Below are positions 1 through 8,478 of a stretch of DNA of 20,607 nt, one piece after another. Source of the stretch: Methanobacteriaceae archaeon (GTDB lineage Archaea > Methanobacteriota > Methanobacteria > Methanobacteriales > Methanobacteriaceae); the NCBI GenBank assembly GCA_003558085.1, contig PWMT01000090.1, positions 1 through 20,607 on the forward strand, given 5' to 3'. Both the position numbers and the translations under genes were made by a program. Position 1 is the stretch's first letter, and each line of letters starts with the position of its first letter. The notes under the pieces are model-generated. The model had not been told where the DNA came from. It made no database searches and saw only the letters and a program-made list of their open reading frames with translations.

Positions 1-898
1 AGGCTAGGGTTATGGTCAATACTGCTGGTAAACCTTCAGGTATAGCTGCAACCACAAGTGATGCCGAGGCTAAGAAAGCAAAAAGCAGGCCAAAACCAAA
101 CAATGCAGATAAAACAAAATTGATTAGAGCCACGGTCAAAATTGCAATTACTATAACTTTAGTAAATTCTTCCATTTTTCTAATGAGTGGGGTAACGATC
201 TCCTGGGTTTCTTTTATTATCTCTGCTATTTTACCCATTTCAGTATATTCTCCGGTGGCTACCACCACACCTTCTGCTGAACCCTGGGTTACAAAGGTTC
301 CACCAAAAGCCATGCTATTTTGATCAGCGGGAGGTAAACCAGAAATATCTATGGCTTCTGTATCTTTTTCATCAGGTACAGATTCACCAGTTAGAGCCGC
401 TTCATCAATATATAAATCTTTGGTTCTAAACAAGCGGATATCAGCTGGTACCTGACTTCCGCTTTGAAGAATTACTACATCTCCGATGGCCAGATTATGG
501 GCATCTATCATTTTTTTATTATCACTTCTAATTACGGTGCACTCTGGAATCATCATTTTCTCCAGGGCTTCGATGGAAGATTCTGCCTTGCCCTCCTGTA
601 TAAAACCAACACTGGTGTTTATAATCACCACAGCTAAAATTACAATAGTATCCACCCATTCTCCTAAAAATCCAGTGAAAATAGCAACGAAAATTAAAAG
701 ATAAATTAAGGGATTGTTAAACTGTCTTAACAGTCTTATAAGGGGACTAACTTTTTTAGTTTCTAATACATTATAACCGTACTCTTCCAGCCTCTTAGAA
801 GCTTCTTCATCAGTAAGCCCTTTAGTACTAGAATTGACTTTTTTAAAGGTTTCTTCCGGTGTAAGTTGATACCAGTCTATTTTTTCATTTTTAGGCAT
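1..898 (-). CDS. Cation-transporting P-type ATPase (type II, Ca2+-ATPase-like), 5' part; runs off the left edge
   Basis: Not in the ORF track. Manual translation from ATG at 898: MPKNEKIDWYQLTPEETFKKVNSSTKGLTDEEASKRLEEYGYN...QFNNPLIYLL...FIQEGKAE...VPADIRL...DEAALTGESVP...VAAIPEGLPAVLTITLA. Has the TGES actuator motif and the PEGL TM4 motif; GGGAG RBS upstream. Confidence 0.95.
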   Translation of the reverse strand, partial: MPKNEKIDWYQLTPEETFKKVNSSTKGLTDEEASKRLEEYGYNVLETKKVSPLIRLLRQFNNPLIYLLIFVAIFTGFLGEWVDTIVILAVVIINTSVGFIQEGKAESSIEALEKMMIPECTVIRSDNKKMIDAHNLAIGDVVILQSGSQVPADIRLFRTKDLYIDEAALTGESVPDEKDTEAIDISGLPPADQNSMAFGGTFVTQGSAEGVVVATGEYTEMGKIAEIIKETQEIVTPLIRKMEEFTKVIVIAILTVALINFVLSALFGFGLLFAFLASASLVVAAIPEGLPAVLTITLA

Positions 899-1220
899 TA
901 AATGACTCCCTTATAAATTTTTGATTAAAATATAGTATTGATTAGAAAATTTAATTTATATTATTTTTACCTATAAAAATTATGGTAAAGCTATTTACTT
1001 ATAAATTTTTTAAGATTTATGGTTGAAAGTAAAAGTTAGGTTTATAATGATTCATAATATTGATTTTTAGAATTATTCCTTGGATTGTTTAAATTTTACG
1101 CCTAGGATTAAACTTTATAAGAGTAATTGTCCTTTAAAAAAATATATTAGCGGGGTAATAGTTCACAGCTATGTTATAATATAACCTGAAGAAGTGATTA
1201 TACTAGATTAAAAAACTTAA

Positions 1221-1787
1221 CTAGTTCTTTTTTAATCCAGAAATAATAGTTATAGGATTTTTGGCCTTCATCATGGTTCCTCTCTCTAAGATCTTGGCCT
1301 TGGAAATAGATACATTTACTACATCCACATCCATACCTAAATTTTTTAATGTTTGTATTGCTTCTGTAGCAGTTTCAAGTAATATAGCAGTAATTATGAT
1401 TCTTCCATCAATTTTAAGCTTATTATAACCTTTTCTAATTAAAACTGATAATTCTCCCCCACTACCCCCTATAAATAATAAATTAAAAGGCGGTAAATTA
1501 TCCAACACACTAGTAGCATTCCCGGTCAATAGAGTTACTTTAGAGGCTAGGCCAAATTTTTCCAGATTTTGGGAAGTTAAATTTATGGCTTCAACATTTT
1601 TATCCACAGAGTATACTTTAGAGGCTCTTTTGGCAAATTCTAGAGTTAAACCACCTGTTCCAGATCCAAGATCTACTACTATATCATTAGAATTTACTTG
1701 GGATTTGCATACAACTAAACATCGAATCTCTTCCTTGGTGGGGCCAGGTACATTGGATTTAGTAATAAAATCTGCGTCCTGGATCAT
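1221..1787 (-). CDS. cbiT: Cobalt-precorrin-6B C15-methyltransferase (decarboxylating) CbiT
   Basis: PGPTKEEIR N-terminal motif, SAM-binding DLGSGTGG, FIGGSGG, C-terminal NPITII; start overlaps the ubiX stop (ATGA). Confidence 0.93.
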   Translation of the reverse strand: MIQDADFITKSNVPGPTKEEIRCLVVCKSQVNSNDIVVDLGSGTGGLTLEFAKRASKVYSVDKNVEAINLTSQNLEKFGLASKVTLLTGNATSVLDNLPPFNLLFIGGSGGELSVLIRKGYNKLKIDGRIIITAILLETATEAIQTLKNLGMDVDVVNVSISKAKILERGTMMKAKNPITIISGLKKN

Positions 1788-2356
1788 ATTTCTTCACCAG
1801 TCCATCTCCTGAAAAGATTATGCTCCAGTTCTAGTGCATCTAAGATTTTTCCAGCAATAAAATTGGCTAAATCCTCTAAATTTTCAGGTTTATGGTAAAA
1901 ACCAGGCATAGCCGGTAAAATAATGCCTCCTTCCCCCATAATTTTTAGCATGTTCTCCAGGTGCACCCTCCTGAGTGGGGTTTCCCTAGGTACTATAATT
2001 AGTTTTCTCTGTTCTTTCAGGGTAATGTCTGCTGCACGAGTAATAGAATTATTAGCATAACCATTAGCTATAGCTGAAAGGGTTTTCATAGTACAAGGAA
2101 CTATAACCATGGAATGGAATTTAAAGGATCCACTATTTATAGAAGAAGTTAAATCATCAACTTCATAATAATATTCAGCTTTTTTTCTAAGATCTGCAAC
2201 TTTTAAACCCAATTCATACTCCAAGATTATTTTAGCAGGGTCAGTTACAACTAAAGCCGTTTCTATATTACTTTCCTGTAGTGCTTCTAAAAGTTTATAA
2301 GCATATATTACCCCACTGGCTCCGGTTATGGCTACAACTATCATTTCATACACCAT
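1784..2356 (-). CDS. ubiX: Flavin prenyltransferase UbiX
   Basis: VAITGASG, SSINSGSF, PCTMKTLSAIANG, RAADITLKE, PRETPL, PAMPGFYHKP motifs. Confidence 0.95.
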   Translation of the reverse strand: MVYEMIVVAITGASGVIYAYKLLEALQESNIETALVVTDPAKIILEYELGLKVADLRKKAEYYYEVDDLTSSINSGSFKFHSMVIVPCTMKTLSAIANGYANNSITRAADITLKEQRKLIIVPRETPLRRVHLENMLKIMGEGGIILPAMPGFYHKPENLEDLANFIAGKILDALELEHNLFRRWTGEEI

Positions 2357-2364
2357 TTATTTAA

Positions 2365-3570
2365 TTAAAATCCCTTAAACAAACGCATTTGTTTATCGTG
2401 TTTATTCATTCTATCAGGTAAATCTAAATAATTATAAAAATCGAAATCCTTCAATTTATAGGCATGTTCCTCGGGCACATACAGACATAGATCAGCATGA
2501 TTAAATCTTGCCTCTCTTAAAGCACCTACAATACTTGAAATCTGACTTAAGTTAACAATAGCATCCCCTACAGATACCAAGGTTCTCATTTCATCAAATG
2601 AAGGATATTCTGGCATGTTGATCATTAAATAATCTGCAGGTATATCTTTTTCTTCGCTGATTTCAAGTTCTGCTTTTTTAATTGATTCTTTTTTTATTTT
2701 AAATAATTTTTGCGGCTCTTCTAATTCAGAAAGTTTCAGACTAGTTACCTGTTTAAATAAATCCCTATTATCCAGTCGCTGTATAATATCTTTTATAAAA
2801 CCTTCTTGGCTGCGACAAGCCATGATAATATCCGAGTCATCATACTGGTAGATCTGCTGAGCATCAATAACATCCTGTTTAATTAATTTTTCTAGGGATC
2901 TTCTAAACATGGAATTAACTATACGGGTAGTATGATGTTGATAGACACTGGGATACATAAAATAACGAGCCACCAAAGTTGATTCAGCCGCCTGAACTCC
3001 TTTTTTATCCAGAACTAAATTATTTTCCAGTTTCATATTATAGATCAATCTCTCAATGTCGATGATGCCATAGGCCACACCCGTATAATGAGAGTCACGG
3101 ATCAAATAATCCATACGATCCACATCTAACTCACCTGATATCATCTGACCTAAAATACCTATGCCATTTATAATATCTAGTATTTCCTTGGTGTTATAAT
3201 TTTCAGCAATTATATCACCTAATAGGGAATTTTTTATGATTCTGGATGTTAGAACTTCATGCGAAACATCTAAGACCGCTTCTGATACATGGGAAAATGG
3301 TCCATGGCCAGCATCATGCACCAGGGCACAGATACGTAAAATTTTTTGTTTATCTGCATCCAAATGCAGATGATCAGCCAAAAGAGATGCTAAATACATT
3401 GTACCAATGGAATGCTCAAAACGAGTATGGTTAGCCCCGGGATAAATGAGATAAGTAAATCCTAACTGTTTTATTCTTCTTAATCTTTGAATCTGAGGAG
3501 TGTCCACTAATTTTAATTCATAATCATCGATAGATAAATTTCCATGCACACTATCCCGAATGAATTTCAA
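2365..3570 (-). CDS. HD-domain phosphohydrolase, putative dNTP triphosphohydrolase (SAMHD1-like HD family)
   Basis: RDSVHG, QRLRRIKQLG, YPGANHTRFEHSIG, HDAGHGPFSHVSE, LDVDRMDYLIRDS, VYQH; TTG start with GGAG upstream. Confidence 0.9.
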   Translation of the reverse strand: MKFIRDSVHGNLSIDDYELKLVDTPQIQRLRRIKQLGFTYLIYPGANHTRFEHSIGTMYLASLLADHLHLDADKQKILRICALVHDAGHGPFSHVSEAVLDVSHEVLTSRIIKNSLLGDIIAENYNTKEILDIINGIGILGQMISGELDVDRMDYLIRDSHYTGVAYGIIDIERLIYNMKLENNLVLDKKGVQAAESTLVARYFMYPSVYQHHTTRIVNSMFRRSLEKLIKQDVIDAQQIYQYDDSDIIMACRSQEGFIKDIIQRLDNRDLFKQVTSLKLSELEEPQKLFKIKKESIKKAELEISEEKDIPADYLMINMPEYPSFDEMRTLVSVGDAIVNLSQISSIVGALREARFNHADLCLYVPEEHAYKLKDFDFYNYLDLPDRMNKHDKQMRLFKGF

Positions 3571-3626
3571 AGCAATTACTCTCCAGTCCTATATTCTAAA
3601 TAAAATGTTTAAAAAATTAGTACTGT

Positions 3627-4064
3627 CTATCCACCAGACATAATAATATTGGTGCCCTGTGTACTTATCTCTTCTTTTTTAAAGTCTAGATCAAATTTTG
3701 TTCTTTCAATTAAATCCTTTAAAGCATCTAAAGTTTCCTGACGATGTTTTCCTAAAACAGCTACCAGAAAAAGAGATTCTCCACTATAAAATTCACCTAA
3801 GTAATGTACCAATCCAATCTCAGCCACCTCGTATTTATTTTTTACTTCATCTACAATTTTTTCTAAATCTTTTAGAGTTTTGTTTTTATCAGGAGTAGAT
3901 AAAATTAACTTTTCCACGTGCTGATCTTCCTCTTGGCCTCTTACAATTCCTTCAAAAGTAAAGATAGCTCCACATTCACTTATTTGTGGACTATTCTTTA
4001 GCTGATCTATTAAATCTGAAATACTGATTAACTCTTCATTTTTTTCCAGGAGTTTAACTAACAT
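3627..4064 (-). CDS. moaE: Molybdopterin synthase large subunit MoaE-family protein (divergent, C-terminal GG)
   Basis: GAIFTFEGIVR, HYLGEFYSGE, KHRQE and FKKEE correspond to MoaE motifs (GA..F.G.VR, H..G....GE, HR..A, WKKE). Confidence 0.85.
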   Translation of the reverse strand: MLVKLLEKNEELISISDLIDQLKNSPQISECGAIFTFEGIVRGQEEDQHVEKLILSTPDKNKTLKDLEKIVDEVKNKYEVAEIGLVHYLGEFYSGESLFLVAVLGKHRQETLDALKDLIERTKFDLDFKKEEISTQGTNIIMSGG

Positions 4065-4094
4065 AAAATCACTTGAAATCCTATTAACTAATCT

Positions 4095-4670
<576 letters not shown>

Positions 4671-4950
4671 TCATTTTATAGTTAAAATAATAACTGAAGT
4701 TCCTTAGTTCTTTATATATCAATAACTAATAAATATTATTTACTGGAATTAATTGAATTTTTAGCATATTAAAGGTGTTTAGCTGTAATAGATTATCAAT
4801 CAAGAAAATTTACCAGCTCTAGCACTTATAGCGGTTCATGAATCCTTATAAAAGGTAGGATAAATAGATGGATTCTATTAGATAATTTTAAGTGTTATAA
4901 GTAATAATTGAATAGTTTAATATGAATATAATTCAATTAAAAATGTCCAT

Positions 4951-4965
4951 CTTGAATTTATAAAA
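4951..4965 (+). promoter_or_regulatory. Candidate TATA box for the AtwA-like gene
   Basis: TTTATAAA at 4957-4964, about 45 nt before ATG 5009; AT-rich context makes it uncertain. Confidence 0.35.
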
Positions 4966-5008
4966 ATAGAGTTAAACATTTTAATAATATTGCATGTAGG
5001 TGTTATGG

Positions 5009-6715
5009 ATGCTAAAAGTGGAAAATCTTTCAAAAACTTTTAAAATGGAAAATGGAGAAGAAATTACAGCTTTAAAAGATATAGATTTTGATATTAAAAA
5101 AGGAGAAATATTAGGTATTATTGGAACAAGTGGTTCAGGTAAAACTACTCTACTTAGAATCTTAAGGGGAGTGGAATCTTTTGAGAAGGGAAAAATGATA
5201 TTAGATGGTACTGAAATTATACCTGAATCCAGCGCTTATGAATTTAATAGATTAAAAAAAGCTACCGCCATACACCTCCAACGATCATTTGGTTTATGGT
5301 CTGAAACTGCAATCCAAAATATAATCAGAAAACTTTATGGAGTTCAATATGGTGACGAAGCCCTTACTGATTTTGATTACGCTTATGATGAATTTGAAGC
5401 AGAAGCTATGGAACTTTTACGATTGGTGGGTTTAGATCATAAAGCATTTCATTTCGCTCCAGTTCTAAGTGGTGGTGAAAAACAAAGATTAATCATGGCT
5501 AGGCAATTAGCTAAAAAACCTAAATTATTACTCTTAGATGAACCTGCTACCATGTCCTGCCCTAGGACCAAACAAGAAATATTAAATGCCATCAAAAATA
5601 TTAACCAGGAATTGGGAGTAACAGTGATACTGGTGTCTCATTTACCAGAGATCCATGAATATATAACTGATCGGCTGATCTTAATGGAAGAAGGTGAAAT
5701 AGTTGCTGAAGGAAATCCTGACCAAATTATTGATAAATTCTTAAAAGATCTAGAACCAACGAAATCTTATCCAGAATTTGAAAGTGAAGAACCCCCTATA
5801 ATTAAAACCATGGATTTAGAAAAAAGATTTTACTTACTCAAAGGAGGAGAAGTACTAGAAATTGAAGACCTTAACTTAGAAGTAAAGAAAGGAGAAAGAT
5901 TATCCTTAATTGGGCCTAGTGGAGCAGGTAAAACAGTTATTTTACGTATGATTGCTGGGCTGGAGTTTCCAGACGGTGGGAAAGTTTGTTTTAAATCAAA
6001 TAGTAATTGGGTTGACATGCACCAACCCAGTATTGATAGAATGGAAATTAGAAGAAAATTAAGTTTCATGCATCAGGAATTTTCTTTAATTCATCATGCT
6101 ACCATAAAAGACCAAATAGCCTCCCGATTGGGAATAAAAGGAGAAAATGTAGTTTGGGAGGCTAAGAAAAAAGCTGAAGAACTAGAAATTAGTGATAAGG
6201 TTTTAGATGTGCTTTATCAATTGACTGATCTTCCTGAAAACGAAGCCAAAATACGTTTAGAAAAGATAGGTCTTAGTCCCGATATTTTAGAAGTTTTATT
6301 CCCTACTTTCCCTGATAGTGAAGTTAAAAAATATGCTGAAACAATATTTGATGCCCTTGAGCTTTCCCTGGATATTTTAAATCGGAAATCTTATGAATTA
6401 TCCGGAGGACAGAAAGTAAGAGCAATTATGGCTTTGGCTCTAGCCTCTGAACCAGAAGTATTAATATTAGATGAACCATTTGGAGATTTAGATCCCCTAA
6501 CATTAAGATATGTTTCTAATTCATTGAAGAAAATAAATAGCAAATTCCATACCACTTTTATCATGGTATCTCACCACATTGATCTTATTAAAGAAGTGAG
6601 TACTCGTTCGGTAATGATCGAAAATGGTAACTTAATTATGGATGGTAAACCCTCTAAATTATGCGCTGAATTCATCCAAAGAAGTGATGCCCAGTATTTA
6701 ATGGATAAGAATTGA
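5009..6715 (+). CDS. Soluble double-NBD ABC ATPase, methyl-coenzyme M reductase system component A2 (AtwA) homologue
   Basis: Two Walker A (GTSGSGKT, GPSGAGKT), two signatures (LSGGE, LSGGQ), two Walker B (LLLLDEP, LILDEP); IHLQRSFGLW resembles the AtwA Q-loop. No TM segments and no adjacent permease. ATG 5009 is preferred over GTG 5000 because AGGTG (4998-5002) is a well-spaced RBS. Confidence 0.85.
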   Translation: MLKVENLSKTFKMENGEEITALKDIDFDIKKGEILGIIGTSGSGKTTLLRILRGVESFEKGKMILDGTEIIPESSAYEFNRLKKATAIHLQRSFGLWSETAIQNIIRKLYGVQYGDEALTDFDYAYDEFEAEAMELLRLVGLDHKAFHFAPVLSGGEKQRLIMARQLAKKPKLLLLDEPATMSCPRTKQEILNAIKNINQELGVTVILVSHLPEIHEYITDRLILMEEGEIVAEGNPDQIIDKFLKDLEPTKSYPEFESEEPPIIKTMDLEKRFYLLKGGEVLEIEDLNLEVKKGERLSLIGPSGAGKTVILRMIAGLEFPDGGKVCFKSNSNWVDMHQPSIDRMEIRRKLSFMHQEFSLIHHATIKDQIASRLGIKGENVVWEAKKKAEELEISDKVLDVLYQLTDLPENEAKIRLEKIGLSPDILEVLFPTFPDSEVKKYAETIFDALELSLDILNRKSYELSGGQKVRAIMALALASEPEVLILDEPFGDLDPLTLRYVSNSLKKINSKFHTTFIMVSHHIDLIKEVSTRSVMIENGNLIMDGKPSKLCAEFIQRSDAQYLMDKN

Positions 6716-6807
6716 ATTGAATTAAGTTTTAAAAGAGGAATCCTGATCATATCTTAAGAAAGATTAAACTATAAAAAAAATATAATATATAGCTAGGAAG
6801 TGTTATC

Positions 6808-7359
6808 ATGAATTTGATTGATTGGCCTGTAGAAAAAGCAAATAGAATATTAGCACCTCGTCCTACGGTGATTATCACCACCGTTAATAAGCAAGATGAA
6901 ATTAATGCTGCTCCATTTTCTTTTGTAATGCCGGTTTCGATAGATCCTCCTATAATTGCCTTGGCATCAGCACCTACGCATCATACCACTAAAAATATAG
7001 AGGAAACTAAAGAATTCGTAATTAATCTAACACCTGCCAAGATAATGGATGAAATGTGGATAACCAGCAAAAAATTACCTTACGGTGAAAATGAATTGGA
7101 AAAAGCGGGATTAACTTCCTTATCATCTGTGAAAGTTTCCGCTCCACGAATAAAAGAATCAATGGCTCATTTAGAATGTGATTTATTGCGGATGCAGGAA
7201 GTAGGGGATCATAGCCTGATTTTAGGAGAGGTGGTGCATTCCACCATTGAAGAAAATATAATGAAAGATGAATTACTGGATGTATCTCAAGTTAAGCCTT
7301 TAATGCATTTAGGTGGTAAGTCCTTTGTGGTAGGCGATCATTTAAGGAAAGTGGAATGA
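6808..7359 (+). CDS. Flavin reductase-like FMN-binding protein (flavoredoxin/MTH152 family)
   Basis: [50 protein letters not shown]. Confidence 0.92.
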   Translation: MNLIDWPVEKANRILAPRPTVIITTVNKQDEINAAPFSFVMPVSIDPPIIALASAPTHHTTKNIEETKEFVINLTPAKIMDEMWITSKKLPYGENELEKAGLTSLSSVKVSAPRIKESMAHLECDLLRMQEVGDHSLILGEVVHSTIEENIMKDELLDVSQVKPLMHLGGKSFVVGDHLRKVE

Positions 7360-7754
7360 TGTTCCACAAAATAATGGTACCAACTGATGGTTCAGTCCAG
7401 TCTGGTAAAGCTGAAGATTTAGCTATTTCTTTGGCTGAAAAATTTGATAGTGAAATTGTAGCGGTGCATGTGATTGATGATAAACTAAGCCAGTCCTTTG
7501 CAGCACTGGAAACAGAAGGTAAGGAAATACTGAATCGGGTGCAGAATAAAGGTCAAGCTCGTGGAATTACTGTTAATGAAATCCTATTATTTGGTAATCC
7601 TGGTTATGATATGAATAACATTATCAACAAAGCTGAAGCAGATTTGGTGGTCATAGGTGCACAAGGTAGGGACAGATCAGAAAAAATTTTATTAGGCAGT
7701 GTGGCAGAAAAAACTGTTAAAACATCGCAAATACCTGTTTTAGTAGTTAAATAA
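7356..7754 (+). CDS. Universal stress protein (UspA family)
   Basis: [19 protein letters not shown]9-GSVAE (ATP-binding type motif), PVLVVK; ATGA overlap with the upstream stop. Start may be 7359. Confidence 0.93.
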   Translation: MMFHKIMVPTDGSVQSGKAEDLAISLAEKFDSEIVAVHVIDDKLSQSFAALETEGKEILNRVQNKGQARGITVNEILLFGNPGYDMNNIINKAEADLVVIGAQGRDRSEKILLGSVAEKTVKTSQIPVLVVK

Positions 7755-7784
7755 TTTTTTTTTATCAAAATTTTTTATTCTTTT
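7755..7784 (+). terminator. Oligo-T archaeal terminator candidate after usp
   Basis: T9 at 7755-7763 directly after the stop, followed by further T runs. Confidence 0.5.
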
Positions 7785-8043
7785 GATTAATAAAAAGCTT
7801 ACTTTTTTTCTTTTGATTTATAAAACGATTAGAATAATTTTCATTATATATAAATGACTCGATACTTTTTTTAGGGTAAAGACTGATTAATAAATTTATT
7901 TTAAGAAAAATATTCATCGACTAAAATTTAAGTGAAGTGATAATATATTAATATAAAACTAGTTCGTATTTAATCAAATAACAATATTTTTATCTACATA
8001 AGTTAATAATTATATTGTTGAGTTAAATAAGCTGGTGATTTTA

Positions 8044-8199
8044 ATGAGATACAAATGCAAAGTATGCGGATACATATACAATCCAGAAATAGGAGAACCT
8101 CGAAATGAAACTCCTGCAGGCGTGGAATTTGATGATCTACCAGATAGCTGGTCCTGTCCTAAATGTGGAGCAGGTAAAATAAGATTCCGGCCACTATAA
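8044..8199 (+). CDS. rub: Rubredoxin 1 (51 aa)
   Basis: Not in the ORF track. [51 protein letters not shown]; two CxxCG motifs; GGTGA RBS at 8034-8038. Confidence 0.95.
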   Translation: MRYKCKVCGYIYNPEIGEPRNETPAGVEFDDLPDSWSCPKCGAGKIRFRPL

Positions 8200-8267
8200 T
8201 AATCAATTAATATATTTATAAATTTTAAATAAAAAATTGTCTCCTTAAAAAACTGAGAGGTGTAGTT

Positions 8268-8429
8268 ATGGCAAGATATAAATGTAAAGTATGCGGGTAC
8301 ATATACGATCCAGAAGTAGGAGAAGCTAGATCAAATATAGAACCAGGAACTCCCTTCGAAGACCTTCCTGAAAAATGGAAGTGTCCCTCTTGTGGGGCTC
8401 CTAAGCGAATGTTTATCTTACTAAAATGA
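8268..8429 (+). CDS. rub: Rubredoxin 2 (53 aa)
   Basis: Not in the ORF track. [62 protein letters not shown]. Confidence 0.96.
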   Translation: MARYKCKVCGYIYDPEVGEARSNIEPGTPFEDLPEKWKCPSCGAPKRMFILLK

Positions 8430-8478
8430 GAGTATAAATTTCCATAAATAGATAGTAAACGATTAGGAGGAAAAAAAT

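Noticed and set aside
12..704. Plus-strand ORFs 12-323 and 486-704
   Set aside because: Antisense shadows of the P-type ATPase, which the track missed because it is truncated at the edge.
5000..5008. GTG start at 5000 for the ABC ATPase
   Set aside because: The GTG is part of the AGGTG RBS serving ATG 5009.
8240..8262. TCTC...GAGA hairpin that might hide the rub2 RBS
   Set aside because: Only about 4 bp of stem; too weak to support.
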